Notes: generated by a model from the letters alone, not told the origin. DNA of 54,566 nucleotides, filler included, from Sphacelaria rigidula (GCA_964200075.2; 4 parts of 4 records of this genome joined end to end with filler, not necessarily neighbours in it), one strand, 5' to 3'. Shown: positions 1-14,104, counted from the whole stretch's first letter. Numbers and translations: made by a program.

Positions 1-1584
1 TTTTAATCCTCCGGGTTCTCATCATCCTCAATGAAAAGCACCATCCTCAACATAGATGATCGGCTGTTTAATCGAATGTCATACCCCTTGTCTTCGGCGG
101 CCCAGTCAATAGGAGTCGCAACGGCATTGCGTGGTAGGGTGGGCGACTGACTTGCGTGCACGCTCATGGACAGTGAATGTAGTATAAAACTGCACGTTGC
201 TCAAATATTTTCCGTATTCTCTCCGATGTGCAAAGAGAATGGGTAGTCCTGCGTACTACGCGTTGTTCCCTGCTTCGCGTTCTACCTTAGCCCGAAAGAC
301 ACACACTGATGTCGGTACTGTATGCGGAAATCGTGATCTTTGATCCGTCCCATGTGTGCGATTTTTACAGTACAGGAGGTCCATGATACCACACACAACA
401 GGTTCAGAATCCAGTTCACCACCATGCCTCCAATGTATCGTGCTGTGATCCTGCTGGTAGAGCAAGATGAGTGTTCATATCTCGCCAGTCTTGCGCTTGA
501 GGTGCTGTATGCTGCGCTAAGACCACCTGTCTCTTCTCTCTGGATGGTCATGTTCGGATCGTCAAGCTGTCTTGGAGTGAACAGCACCTTGTTGCCTGAC
601 GATCCGAGACGCCAATTCAAGCTCAGCCTGTGAAAACCTTGCTCATAAAAACCCCATGCAACCCCTTATCAATCTCGGTCTATCTCAGGCTGGGGTTAGG
701 ATTGGGGTCAGCCAAAGGGTGAGACTGAAGATCATGACTGCCTATCGTCCACTACGACGGAGGTGCACCAGTTTTTCAAATTCAAGTTTTCAAATTTCAG
801 TCGTTCATCCCCTTGTCATCTTCCATCGTATATTTTGATAATGTCATGTTCTATATCGTTGGGTGGCGGTCCTCCTCCTGCTCGCTCCCACCACTTCTCC
901 CGTGTTTGCGCCACCGACAGTGCTACGCTTGCTAGGCGGTGGTCGCCGGTGAAACCAGGTGATGGGCTAGATGCTCCAAAATAAGATGTCGAACGTTTCT
1001 CCTGAGAACTCACCCAATTCCCTCAGACCATGACGTAAGGATCGTTCTCACCTGGTGCAAGTCGCATGTTACCTCTAATTTGATGTACCATCGTGGCAGC
1101 TTGACCGCATAGACGAAACCGTGCATTACTCTACATGGATGATTGATATCGTGGATAATGTGTGGCATGTTTACGCTAGTGGTGTTGTCCTGTATCTTAT
1201 TGTGTTAACCTTTGCAATGTGCTCGGCATTCTTTGGAACCTAGATCTAGTGTTGTTGTCCACACATGTCGGCATCAGATGTGCTTCCCTCCGGTCCAAAC
1301 TGTACTGATTGTACAGTCAGTTGCCGGTGTTCTTGTACCTCGCGGCGTTTTCTCGACTTGTTATCTATATCCCACGGACTGTGGCCATGCACTACAGCCC
1401 ATGCCATAGGTTGCCGTTGCATTGTTGAACACGCTGCTTACGGGCAAGGCATGAACTGTATCGTGGTGTAAAAGCATCGTACCGCTGTTCGTATTGTGTG
1501 AGATACAGTACTACAAAAAATGACTGCAAGGTACTGTTTGGGTGCTCATCGAGTTTCTCTGAGAAACACCGTACTGCTGCTTTC

Positions 1585-1838
1585 AACAACGTTTTCACTA
1601 GATTGAGAGAAGCGCGCGGATTAAAAGTGATTTTGATCACTCCCTTTAACTTGACCATTTTTTTATTCCTTGTGTGCTCTCCTTCTCGGGGATATTAAGG
1701 GCCTCAGTGGCAAGCTACTTCAGAAAGCACATTGGACCGCGTGAAGTGGCATTTCGGAACAGAAACGATACATTAATTAATTGACCAGTTTTCACTCTCA
1801 AGCGTATTATCTACTCTCAACTTTAAGAAAACACTGTT
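1585..1838. mobile_element. MITE family A copy (TIR ~AACAACGTTTTCGTGAGATTGAGAGTA)
   Basis: Degenerate TIRs at both ends. The internal 'gggcctcagtggcaagctac..gaaacgat' is shared with copies at 23072-23361 and 36207-36497. Confidence 0.75.
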
Positions 1839-1875
1839 TGTCATCGTTTTTGCATCCCCCCACACAGGGCAAATC

Positions 1876-4800
1876 ATGACGGAGATTGACCTGTTCCCAA
1901 GAGGAAGGGGCGGCACGAACACCTCAACTGACGAAAAAACTGGTGGTAAGCAGCAAAAACCCAAGGGCAAGGCGCAAGATGTCGAAAAGGCCAGGAGAGA
2001 TGGAGACGACGGGGGCAAGCCCAGACGAAAACGGAAGGCTCCTGGGGCAGCCTCACCAACAGCCAACGCCGCTAGCGGTGGTGAGAAGGACTGGCTGTTC
2101 GGCTCAGCACCACAGCGTCAGTCTAGTGCTACGACCAAGGAGTCTGGCTCAAGGAAGCGTAAAGGGACCACCGAGGATTCGCATAATACGGCGACCGGCT
2201 CCCGCGATCATGGATCGAAGGTGCGTGGAAAACTTGACCTCATTTGGAGCTCATGTTGACCCATTGTAGTGTTGTCGCGGTCTACACCTTTCAGCATATG
2301 TGGTACATACTGTACATGGCCGAAATACTTCAAGGCCGTGTGCGGTGCGCTGCTTCAGGGATGGCCAGGCAACTTCCTGTATCAGTTAGTCTCTGCGCAA
2401 AACCCGTGCAATGATACAGTACAGTATCGCCCGTGCTTGTTGTCATGCCAGGCTGTGCCGCGTCCCAACGGTGCTATTCTGGCCTGCTCTTGCGTACGGC
2501 AGCAGCTGCAATCCCACGAGTAGCACGGTACGCGTATCCCCGGCAGCCACGCTATCCCCGTGCTGTGCTCACGCTGCTCTTCAAAATTTGAATACTGGGC
2601 TGGTCGGAAACACGCCCATAATGGAGTATGCCTTCACTGTACAAGATAGTACATGGTTACATCGTATAGGTTCTCGTTCCTTGTAACCTAGACGGCGACA
2701 CGTTCTGGTGTATGTAGGGACACCAGCTGTGGTTACCCAGCAGAATTTTAGCTAGGGCGCTGGTCTAGGGTTGCCGCAAAAACACGACGGAGGCATGTTG
2801 CGGCATTTTGCCCTCCCCCCCGTGGGGCTGGAAAGCTGCCGGAGGCGGTTTTGGGGAATATTTACACAAGTTCCACCGAAACTGAGAGGAAACCTAGTTC
2901 GTGTGACGTCACCGAGGGTTGGACTCACTGCCTAGCCGCCACAAGAATTTTCAAGGTCACCTACCGAACCACCGGGGCGACCGGTACACCCGACCTACCG
3001 AAAGCTCGCCCTGACAGGTGCTCGTCTGCTTGTGTACGCCAACTGACGATATTCCGCGGTCTTGTGGCGTCCGTGATTCCCGTGTCTCCTTTTGTTTGTT
3101 CTGTGACCAATAATGTCCCCCTCTTTGCTCCGATACTGATCGCGCAGAAATCGGCAGTTATCTCGAGCGAGGTTGGGTCGGGCATGTTGGTCTCACAGAC
3201 CGGTCGAGCACCACGGTTGCAGATGGTGTCCTTCAACAAGCTCGACAAGGGCACGCTTGTTTTGGGGGTGATATTCAAGGTGATGTTGAGTAAAATGCTC
3301 CAAAATAGCTTTGCGTGCGGCGTCGCCGTTTGATATCCTGCGTCGCCCGTCGCTTTGACAAAAACTCAGCCAAGAGTGTTCCGGATGCTGGTGAGTTGAC
3401 TTGGAGTGTTACAGTGAAAAAAGTGATGCCGCAGGCACGTCGTGTGCTCATGAGGGAATGCAGCACATATCCTGTGGCGTACACTGTAGAAAGTCAGCCG
3501 TGGCCTCCCGCCGTCGTAGTGGTTGCTCTTCGTATCGGTGGGTTACGCGTTTGTCGTATGTGTTACTTCACTCAATTGCATCATTCTCGTGGCCAGGCCT
3601 GCTGAAGTTCATGGCGCTCTTGGACCCGGCCCACATCAAATGTGGTCAGCGCGTTTCACCAACCCTCTTGGCACTGGCGGTGAAGAAGTCTAGATTCCGA
3701 GGTGCTGCTTTTTTGGGCGGTTACAGTTGATTTTTTAGAGCTTCCACAAAAATCTGTGTGCCTGAGGAGTGTTCTTCAGACCGAAGAGAGTGGAAAGTGA
3801 AGAAAAAATTGCGTTTTCTTGACCGTGGCGAAGTCAAACCAACCCTCCCACCTATGGTCGGGGGAATTCGGTGTGCTCGGCGACACCACTGTGTGTGTGA
3901 TGTGGTTCGGCACGCTTGCCCAAGTGCTGGGTGGGTACGCCTCTGGACTGCAACACTGCAACCCGGTGTGGTCCATCACCCGTATAAAAATGTGCTCGAG
4001 TGGAGCACCGAACTTCATGTACGAGCCATGCTTGATTTTTCGAAATATAGGTGTGGCTGAGTTGGGTTTGAGAAGTTGAGCGCTGAGCTCCTGACACGAC
4101 ATTTGCATGAAGACGCGAAACATATTGCGGGACACGAAGGGAGAAATATGAAAAGTCGAGGCGCTTCAAAAATTTGGAAAAAATATACTGAAAAATGTCA
4201 TGATTTCATGGAAGAAACAAACGAAAGTGGTTGTGTCCCGAAACACAGATATTTTTCTTGCGCACGGAAGATGTAAGTTTCGCCCTGAAACTCGAAAATT
4301 GAGCCGCGCGTGGAACTTTTCTTGTGACGCCGTTTCTCCCGGTGGTCCAAGTGGGAGCTCCCAATTATACCGGTCGCGAGTCGAATCCCCACACGTCCAT
4401 CTATTCTCCACAGTCTGGCAGATCATTCTGTTTCCAAGTGTGAGAGAGAACGGTCGCTATCCGGGATTGGATCTAGGAGAAGTATTGCAGGCCAGTCCGA
4501 GTTGTATACTTGCGCCTGTGCTCGTTTGAAGTGGCAATCGGCTCTGAGGTTCTCTCCGATTGTGGAGCTACTGACGAGCTTGATCCCATCTCCCAGCACT
4601 TCCAGTGCACTCTTGACTGCGTGTTGAGATACGTGATTCCGCCGCGTTCGATGGGAAAAAAAAACTTGGAACACGCCATCAAGCCACGATATGAAATGTA
4701 CCCGGTACTTGATTCAGTACAGCATCGTCATCGCCAAAACTGCGCCAATCGATCAGCGACACAGCTGCATTTTCCGAAGTAGGTCTGCAGTTCACTGCGA

Positions 4801-7800
4801 TATGCTTCAATTGGGCCGATTAGGGAATCTGAAAAAGTCATGGTGCGCCTATGGCTTGTACCTTTTACGGCCGGCCCAGCTCGTATGGTGAGTAAAGGAG
4901 TGGTGCCGATTTTGGTTGTTGAAGTTCAGGTACGTCAGTGCTGATTTCGGCTGAATGCGCACAGTCGAAACACGCCTCACCCGCTGCGTCCCGTCATTTT
5001 CGACAAAACTAATTGGATTGCACCGGGGTGACATTTTTGGTGCGCGCATGGCATATGCCGGTGGAAAATCTTCTTGGGCCTTTCGCCATAAACATGGCTG
5101 CCGTCGGTCGCCCCTGTTCCCATATATTCTTCGTCAGGACTTGAAATGATGGAGCGTCTGGCCCGGTGACGGAAGGCGGAGTTCTTGAAGGATTCATGTG
5201 GCGTCATGACTAGGCTTTTGTAGTATGCATCAATTTCGATCGTCGCATGAGGGGAGAGCGTCCTGCTAGAGACAGGAAATAAAAAAAAACGCGCAGTGTG
5301 GAGCCCTCTGCTCCCAGTTGTCATGCGTTGTCGCTGTACGCCCTCTCTCCTGTCCTGTTCGACTCCGCCTCAGGTACAATGTTCTCTTTGTTCAATATAC
5401 TCGTCTTTGTTTCACCCGCTTGGATTGTGGTAGGTGGAAGAGCACGATATGGTGGTGTCCCTTCCGAGTAGCCTGACCGGTGTTGTGCGAAAGAAGGAGG
5501 TGAGCGACTACTTCTATGCCAAGGCAAGCAGTAGTGGAGGAGGCAATAACAACAAGCGCGGTGGCAAGGGCCGGTACTTCAATGAGGTCGCGGCTGGAGA
5601 CATTTCCCTCCGAGAAATCTTCAAGGAGGGACAGGCGAGTACATGTTCCTGCTGCTCTGGCATGTTACCCTTCCCTGCCCCGTGCGTCCGCCATTTTATT
5701 GGCTTACTTCAAGCGAAACTTGGAGATGATCCAGCGGCCCGTTCCCTCACGTCGATCAAACAGTACTTGTAACGACCATCGGATCCGCAGATGATCATAT
5801 GTCACAAAATAGCATTGGTGGGCCCTTGGACCTCCAGGCATGGCACCGAGCCCAATCGTATGCGTGTTGTGACCACGGTAATTGTCCACCGGATCGTGAC
5901 AAGTTGGCATCAAAGTGGCTATATTGATATCAGCTATCGAGATAAGACAACGTGTTGAGGTAGGAGGGTTATCTATGATGCAATTACATATTTGCTACTC
6001 TCGACCGTCTCCGGGGTGACGACAGTATTCCACCAAGATCGCTGAGGTACCCTCCTCCAAAGTCGCTGATTAGTTCTTTCCCGCGGTAACTGCCAACCAT
6101 AAAACTCGGCCGACGCCAATCCTGAAGGATATTCTTGTAGGGTTTCAAGAGACGCATGGCTCGCGGCAGGATGTGGGTGCTTTTCAGAAAAACATGGATG
6201 TTTCATGATACATAGTTTTATATACAAATTGGTCGGAACTTCACACGGTCATGATACACAGACGCCTCTTGGTCGACGTCTTGAAGTAGGCTCTCGGACT
6301 TTGTTTTTCCACTAACGTTACTGTTGGCACATGCAGCCACAACTGGCAACCTCGACAACCTCGACAACCTTCCCGTCTTTCATGTCGAAGCAGGTCGTGC
6401 GGTGCGCGATCTTGAACCTCCGCAAAGGAGAAAACGGGCGGCGCATCGAGCTATCCCTCAGAGCGTCGGTGTTGAACAAGGGGCTGTCTCTGTCCCAGCT
6501 TACTGCTGGTTGCGGGGTGTACGGATCTGTAGTATCTTGCGAAGATCATGGGTATGTCATGTCCCTGGGGCTTGAGGGTGTCACAGCATTTTTACCATCG
6601 AAGGAGGCTCCGAAAGCGGGAGGGTTGAAAGCCGGACAGCCGGTGGAAGCCGTGATCAAGGTGCGACATATGAAGTTGCAAGGGATGGTGCGCTCTAAAT
6701 ACTGTGTTTTTTCCTGGAGCAACCGATATCACCGGTGACTATCCGTGTATATCAACATGGTGGCTACCATATACGGCGAGACCCAAATTCAGAGTTTCAA
6801 CACCTACTCTTGGCATATTTTCCTCACATTGTGCCAAAACTACGTTTGTCCCGTTGTGTTTTTTTCGCCAATACGGGGGAGATTGACATCTGCCGTGGGG
6901 TAATCCGAGACCTGTGTTTGAGCGATATGCTGATGTGAAAATCTTACTTTCGCGAAGCACCCTCGATGTATCTCATCCTGCTCTGTTGCTGTTGTTTATC
7001 ATCTTCTCTTCGCTCGGCCTCGGATTTTTCTACCCTGGTAGACTGTGAAGGCTGCGGCTCGAACAATCACCCTGTCTGCCAAGCCCGAACTCGTAGCTTC
7101 CGCGGTCACGAAGGGCACGGCGTTCGACCTTCGATCCCTCAAACCCGGTATGCTTGTGGACACCATCGTCGATAGCGTGCTCTCCAACGGAATGCTGGTG
7201 AGTCGTGGCCACTCTTCCGCTCACAGGCCTGCAGTGTTTATGTAGTTCTCGTGTACAAGCCGGAATTTCGGGCATGATTCTGCGTCTACATATGGGAGTG
7301 AACATTGGAGTTTAGCAGGGTTGATCCCAGTCGTCGAAAAAAATGCAGAGCATTTACAGCGAGGGAGGCCACAGATTTGTCCCGAGGATGGGTGTGTGTG
7401 AAGGGGTGCTCGTGATATTTCATGCCGTCGTCATGGGGCCATTGAGCCTGCATCCTTGCAAGGTCGGGGCGGAGCATGCCGGGGTTATCGCCGGACCAGG
7501 CTCGCGATCAATGAACAAGCGCGCAGCGCCGTGACGTGTCCGGCGACTCGCATGAAGGATGTTGTGCGTTGCGCTGAGATTGTTCGGCCCGAAACATGAT
7601 ACTAATCCCACGTATGGATGACAGGTTGGGTGAGTGGGTGAGTGGGTAGTGGGGGACGGGGGGGGTTGAGAGGAAAGGAGAAATGCTGCACGTCTACGGC
7701 TCACGATAACATATTCCGCAAGAATCTTAGTCGTGATCGTGGTGAAGCCGTTCACATTTTTCAATTCTCGCGCATGAGACTGGTGGTGTTAGTGTTGTGC

Positions 7801-10800
7801 ATTGCGACTGACGTACGGTTAGTAAGGGATTTAGACCCATATAGCCCGTTTCTTGTTGTGCAGAAATAATAATGACAAAATAATCGGTGGTGGCGTGGTT
7901 CGGATATCCGGCGATGCGGATGTGTATCTCTCGGAACGGAGCAAGCTGTCGCCCGCAAGGATTGGGGATGTTTTTCGTTGGGCCAACGTGGCGAAGAAGC
8001 GATGCACCCCGACGTGCTGCATCGGTAGACACTGCCTCGAACTAGTTTGTGGTTGACTGGACCGTCCACTGTCTGTAGCAGCATTGATACACAATATCAA
8101 GTTACAAATATTTCGAGATGAAAATTCTGTGGTCAAGAACGGTACTACAGTGCTGCAGTATAGCTGCGTTTTTTTCGAACACAAGAATCGGTGTGCCCGT
8201 ACCACCTGCATATGACTACACGTGAATAACTCCTTAGTTCGTCCTTTGACGACTGCATTCCAAGACCGTGAACTCATATTGGTTGTAATCAATAGTTGTT
8301 ACGTGAGACGTTGCAGACGTACTTCCATCCGTCCTGTGTGTCACTCTCCTGCCCTGCACGGCGTTGTCTCAAACAATCAGCCGTTTCAACGTAGATCCTT
8401 GGTCAACGCGTGCACCACACCTTGTGTGGTTGGCTACTTCTGTTTTCTGCACACGATACAGGTTAGCTTTCTCGGATTCTTCGCGGGATGTGTGGATCAT
8501 AACAACATGCCCGTGGTTTCCGGTGACGACAAGGAAGACCCCGAAGGCTGGCGGAAACTGTCCAAAGCAGGCCCGGAGCCTGTGCGAGCTAGGATACTCA
8601 TGGTCGACTACGCCAACAAGGTCAAAAGATGTGCTGGTACTGCTGTACCAAGAGATGTTCCTGATGTCGTTCATCAAGTTGCCTCTTTTCCGGAAACCTC
8701 ACGCTTGTGGCAACGAAGCCCTGGCACGAGAAAACAGACGACGAGGAAATCTGAAGACTATGTCTGGGACAGGAATATACGGCACTGCGGAGGGCAGGGT
8801 TCTATACACGCACGTCCGCGAAAAAAGAGAAAACAGTATTATTCATATGAGCGTAGGAGTACGTTTAACCGTGCGTGCTGAATTGAGTCTCGGTTTTGTC
8901 CACAGACGAGGCTCTGCACCTTCGGAAGATAGCACGCCCAGGATAACATACGGTCACTAGTTGCACAAAAAATGTACTGCTTAAAGTATAGGCCTATTCG
9001 TAGAGCTCGGAAATGGTACCAGTTATAACTGGCCACTATCATTATAATGGTGATAATGGTGATGGTTTCACACCATCATTTACCGTTACCGGCCACGCAT
9101 ACATACATCCCTTGAAAATTGGCCCAAATTGAGCGTAGTTTTTGCTCTCGTGAAGCCAAATTATGTAAGACCGTGCCTCCCGCACGGCGGGGCCCTCTAC
9201 GGGCGAGCTTCTTGGTTTGCAGCTACGCCCCTCGATGACCAAACCATTATGTACCATTTTACTGGTTAATGAGTGCCCTGCGCGTAACCATTCAACTGGT
9301 TGATGATTGGACAAACCATTTCCGAGCTTCACCTGTTGTAGCTGTTGTCGTCGTACTTCAAACAGTACGGTTTATGTCTTTCGTAAGTGTTGGAACACGT
9401 TTTGTCTGAAGTGTGCAGGATACCGTTTAACGAGATATTGAGGAGATGTATACGTTCAATGACATGGTCTTCGGCCTGCGTCACGAACGGCAATGTTCGG
9501 AAAAATGGAAGATGAAAATCCTACCGCAGCAGTGGGCCATGAAATTAGCTTGTGGAGGCTCCATTCGTTGATACGGTACAAATCCAGCCGCACTCACAAG
9601 ATGGATGTACTTGAGGTATGATGCATCCAGCGAAACACTCGCCTTGCCTCCTGGCCGAGTGTTCGGTATCTGTGCCTACACTTGCACGAGATGTCGAGAA
9701 CATCAATGCTAAAGTAACCCGGAACTTCCGAAGATGTGAATGTCGGACTTGAACAACACTGTCCACGAGTTAGTTTCCGGTCGTTTACGAAGCACGGCAC
9801 AAATGAGACCTCCCTTTTTGCCATGTTTTGAGGAAGAGGTTTTTGAGGGTAGCTTTTCCCCCCCGACGATTCGCGATACCCCCTGACCTGTTTCGACTAA
9901 CACACAAGACGATGACTAATACGTACGTGTATCGTGTGTGTTGGACCAGGCCATCCGCCTGACACTACGTCCTCACCTCCTCAAGATGCAAGGGCCGTCC
10001 GACCTGCCCCCAACCGGTTCGATATTGGAGGGCGAGGTAGTGAGGGTTGATCCCTTGCTGGGCCTTCTCCTCAAGGTGCGCAATATTTGTATGATTACAG
10101 CTACCCCTTGAAGTACGAAATATTGGTGACGTGATCTAAAAAAAGTGGCCATTTGTTTCTCGAGACGACCTCTTTGTCGAACGTAAAACTGCACGCTAAG
10201 TTCATTCTGTCAGTACATGACGCAACGCAGGAAGATCAAGATGTCACCTTATTGTTACAAACCTTCATGTATCGAAGTGTGCACATGAACGGCCATGTTC
10301 CAGGTGCCGGCTGCCGACGGTGGCGGAGCCGCAGCACCCGTCACCAACGTCCCGCTTCTTGAAGAGACCAAAAAAAAGGAGTGGGGCGGGAAGGCGCGTC
10401 GAGCGAGGGCGCGGGCGCGGGCGGAGGCAGAGGCAGAGGCCCAGGCGGCCGCGGAGAGCGGAGTAAGTAATGCTCTGAGTGATGGCGCTTCAACCCCCAG
10501 CGTTGGTGCCTTTGCGCATGTTTCCCGTATCTCTGATGATTATGTGGATCACCCGGAGCGACTTTACAAGCCTGGACAAAAGGTGAGGGCGTACGAGGAA
10601 CTGGTTGACTGGTGCCGGCGGGCGCAGTAGAGTTCACGCCAACTGGGCGACGGAAAGTTCAGTGTTGTCGTTGTCTTCACATTCAAAACCGTTTCGTTAT
10701 CCGTGTAGTACTCTGTACTGGGCATCTGATGCGGACGCCTTCCATGGTCACAGACTAACCACCCCAAGCTAGCGTAGAAAATTCGATACGAATGGGTCTC

Positions 10801-12125
10801 AGTCTAGACAAAAATATTGGGATTTTTGAAGGGATACAGTCCCAATGCCTCATTTAGCGTACGTACGGTTGACTCGGATTAGCGCCTGCGGCACCGATGA
10901 CCCCCTAGCTCGAGGATGCCCGATCCGCCTGGTGTTGCAGTCGGGATGTAGGGTTAGCGTGTTACTTCGATGACTGAAAGATTTTCGTCGCCGGGTTTGT
11001 GTAGATCGGCTTCGACTGGGAGAGTGAAATAGGGGCACGTGGTCGATGACAAAGTTGTTGAATGTCTTGTTTGGGTGGGGACCATGAAATTAGGTTTACG
11101 GCGCATGAGATATGTTCGTTTATGGAATGATACTCCCCTTTTTTCTTGATTCAGTTTGAAACGGAAAATGATGTTGACGCTTCTAGGAGCATCTCACTTC
11201 AAGTCTTGACGGATGTATTTTCCAATGCGTTGAAGTTTGTCGATCTCGCTTTTGATCTTGTAGTCGAAGTATCTTTGCTTACGTCTCGTGATCAAAACCG
11301 ATCACGTCTCGCCGAAGTGGTGCTCAACGCCATGCACACTCTAACGTATCCTGAACAAGCAGCAGCCTCGTGGCGTGCCTTTCTTCCAATGTTCAGTCCT
11401 CGTGGTACACGACATGGATAACTTGTCTCCTTGTTTCCCGTCATGCATCTTGTGACGACAGATTCCTCAACAAGAAGTTGATCTGCGACAATCAGTCAAA
11501 TCCAATTCGTGTACTCTTCCGGCCATTGTGCACATCTATCTCGTACCTACCGTCGGATCCGCAGCACATGAGTTTTTGCGCGACAATCGATTGATTTTTC
11601 ACGTATACAAAACAATTGTGCAACATCGAAATGTGGGTGTCTCGAGAATCATCTTGTGACAACAGAGCTAGCGTTGTCCTGGTGAAAATCAGATCAGAGC
11701 AAGCAACCACGAAGTTATTCCCCGCTCCTCGCGTCGGTCAATAGGCGCATTTGAGAATAACGCACTGACGCGCGGTATCGAACGCATATTGTTTTTTCTC
11801 TTGAATTGTGAAAAGCACACCACGATGTCGCTGCTTGTTCAGGGTACACTCGCAAGTCTTTTTTTCTCGTGTTGTCACGATATATTCCCGACGAAGGTAT
11901 GGAGTTGTCTACCTCGGATCATTCCAATAAACTGCCAGGCACAGACAACACCGAGACTGCAGCAATTGATTGTTGACGATGTTCCAAACTCGACAGGTGC
12001 GTTGCCGCGTGACGGGGTCCTCCCTTCTGGAAGGCTGGGTTGCCGTGTCAATGCGTTCTTCAGTGCTAGCTGCCTCAGTGCTGCGCTATCAAGATTTACA
12101 CCCGGGAGCGATGGTTGAAGGAGAG
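1876..12125 (+). CDS. RRP5: rRNA biogenesis protein RRP5 (tandem S1 RNA-binding domains), 5' part; spliced, 3' end runs off the contig
   Basis: Exons read from splice sites: 1876-2220, 3148-3279, 5434-5634, 6394-6660, 7042-7197, 8462-8620, 9950-10075, 10304-10582, 11997-12125. They join into one open frame of ~598 aa. N-terminal 'FPRG' motif, then S1-like repeats: 'KGTLVLGVIFK|VEEHDMVVSLPSSLTGVV', 'FKEGQ|VVRCAIL..RRIELSLR', 'GSVVSCEDHGYVMSLG..VTAFLP', 'LKPGMLVD..NGML|VSFLGFFAGCVDHNNM', 'AFAHVSRISDD..YKPGQK|VRCRV', 'YQDLHPGAMVEGE'. These match Rrp5/PDCD11. Confidence 0.93.
7400..7500 (+). repeat. Dispersed repeat family B ('gaccattga..cgcatcc..ggagca')
   Basis: Homologous to 14105-14190 (+), 19797-19875 (-) and 35853-35955 (-). 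Most copies abut G/C homopolymer runs. Confidence 0.65.
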
Positions 12126-13570
12126 GTGGGTGCGGTGGGGTGGCCTTGCGAGGATTTTTGCATATGTACCAGATTGCGGGCAGATTTCCATCTCTCGGAC
12201 CTCAGGTCGGGGATATTATCTGCAGGGTACATGAAGCTGTGTGGAGTCAACCCATGTGTCTTATCGCTCTTATATTTCAGGAGGGGGGCGTGACCCGATG
12301 CACCTTAACCGAGTGCCGCTTTTTCAGTTCCTGAAGCGGAGAGCTACACTTTTCGCGGAACTTTGCTCGGTCTTAATCTCCCAGAGCACCTGTGATATAT
12401 GCATGACGTCTACAAATTGTCTGGTGGAGTTATCCTGGAGTGTCCGGATGGTACGACTCGAATCACGGTGGCCTGTTTACGGTGTTACTGTTCCATTTAT
12501 TTTGCCTTGTGAGGCATTGTGCGGAAAAATGACCCGCGTGCGTGAGAGCAACTATCATCAAAATAATATTTTGCATGGAATTTACTGACAGCGTAAATGA
12601 TGACTCTCCGCCCCGATGTTTGATCAATTATCGAGTGAAGCCTTTTCCGGTACTGCATCCAGCTCAAATTAAGGCATGTGCATTATTTATCGCAACACGC
12701 CTTGTTTGCAAGAGGAAGCGGCCACTTTCAGTCATCCCGAATGAGCATGGCGGAAGATGAGCCGACGTGCAAACGGTCACGTGGTTTACCGGTAAATTTC
12801 GCAAAACCCGTTTTCCGTAGTGACGAGTTGCCGTTGTGCTGGGTTTGATCCTTGCTTCTTTGGAATAAATTCTCCATGACTGGAACGCTGCCAAATTAGC
12901 GCCAACACAGTCCGGCTTCCTTTCTTTCGGAGTGTTTTCGCCTAGCCCCAGGGCCGAAGGTCCTTTTTTGTGGATGCTAATAAATTATGGTCAACGCCAG
13001 GTTCACTTTTCGTGTTTCCCCATGGCGTTGATACCTGTGGCACTGCTGCCACGCGCGTCAGCCGCAGCTCAACACTAGTCATTTTGTTTCCGTCACTTTC
13101 ATCATCGTCAGGCATGTGATGAGCGTGAATGTCTCCACTCCACATTTTTTCCATCCTCAATCCAAGTCATTTTCGGAGCGTTTTGGAATAATATATTCCA
13201 ATGAGCTGTCCGACGCGGTGACCCGTTCTGTCCTCGAAAGAAGTGAAGGAACACATGACGAAATCAAGAACGCGGACAAGATCATGGTGCTCTTCGTTTG
13301 GCATCATTCCATATACGAAAAACTAAGACCAACCACATCCAAACTTGTCGCCGACTGTGTGTGCCGTAGGTGACGCTCGCGACAACCAGCGCTGTAGAAT
13401 ATGTACTGTTGTACATGAAGTTGTCCAGTACACTGAAGTACCGCGGTGTCCATTTCCGTTGCGAGCATTGGAATCCAACAGCACGCCGTCTCTTCCTACG
13501 AGCTGGGCCAGCCCAGAAACGGATTTAACCTGGCAGAGCAATATCTCAACACCGGAAACGAATTGGGCCG

Positions 13571-13670
13571 NNNNNNNNNNNNNNNNNNNNNNNNNNNNNN
13601 NNNNNNNNNNNNNNTTAATTAATTAANNNNNNNNNNNNNNNNNNNNNNNNNNNNNNNNNNNNNNNNNNNN
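13571..13670. other. Artificial contig linker (N-run + TTAATTAATTAA + N-run)
   Basis: 100-bp spacer with stops in all six frames. The same spacer occurs at 27237-27336 and 40903-41002. Confidence 0.97.
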
Positions 13671-14104
13671 TTTCTTCGTTTCTTTCCCCTCTTTCTGTTT
13701 TTTTCTTTTGTGGGCTTTTTTTTTTTCTCTTTTTTTTTTTTTTCACGTCTTAGTCTACCATGTCGTTATGTTCGACTTTTTGATGTTCCTGATTTTCTTC
13801 AGCAAGTGTTTCAGTGTTGCTTTCGTGGGTACGTTCATCATGTGGATGATGACCACCATTGGATACCTGGGGGATCAACTAAAGTACAACAATCAAAAAA
13901 AATATATAAATAAATTGCCCTCGCTCAAGAATTGGGACCGATGCCGTGATAACCTCCCACAGAAGACGCCTGGTTCGAGGAATCAAAATCTACATGCAAA
14001 TCAAAAGGACGTGATGAACTTCACGCAGTTTGAAATCAAGTGTCATGCGTTGTATGACCGTTTTCATCGTGGCAGTTTTGGGGCTGGTTTGGGGGGGGGG
14101 GAGG

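Noticed and set aside
1..1100. Coding-like composition and short ORFs (282-620, 340-633, 816-1013)
   Set aside because: No recognisable domain or consistent splice structure. It may be a decayed TE or gene, but I cannot support a call.
13615..13626. TTAATTAATTAA as a biological motif
   Set aside because: It sits in the centre of identical N-spacers three times, so it is a synthetic six-frame stop linker.
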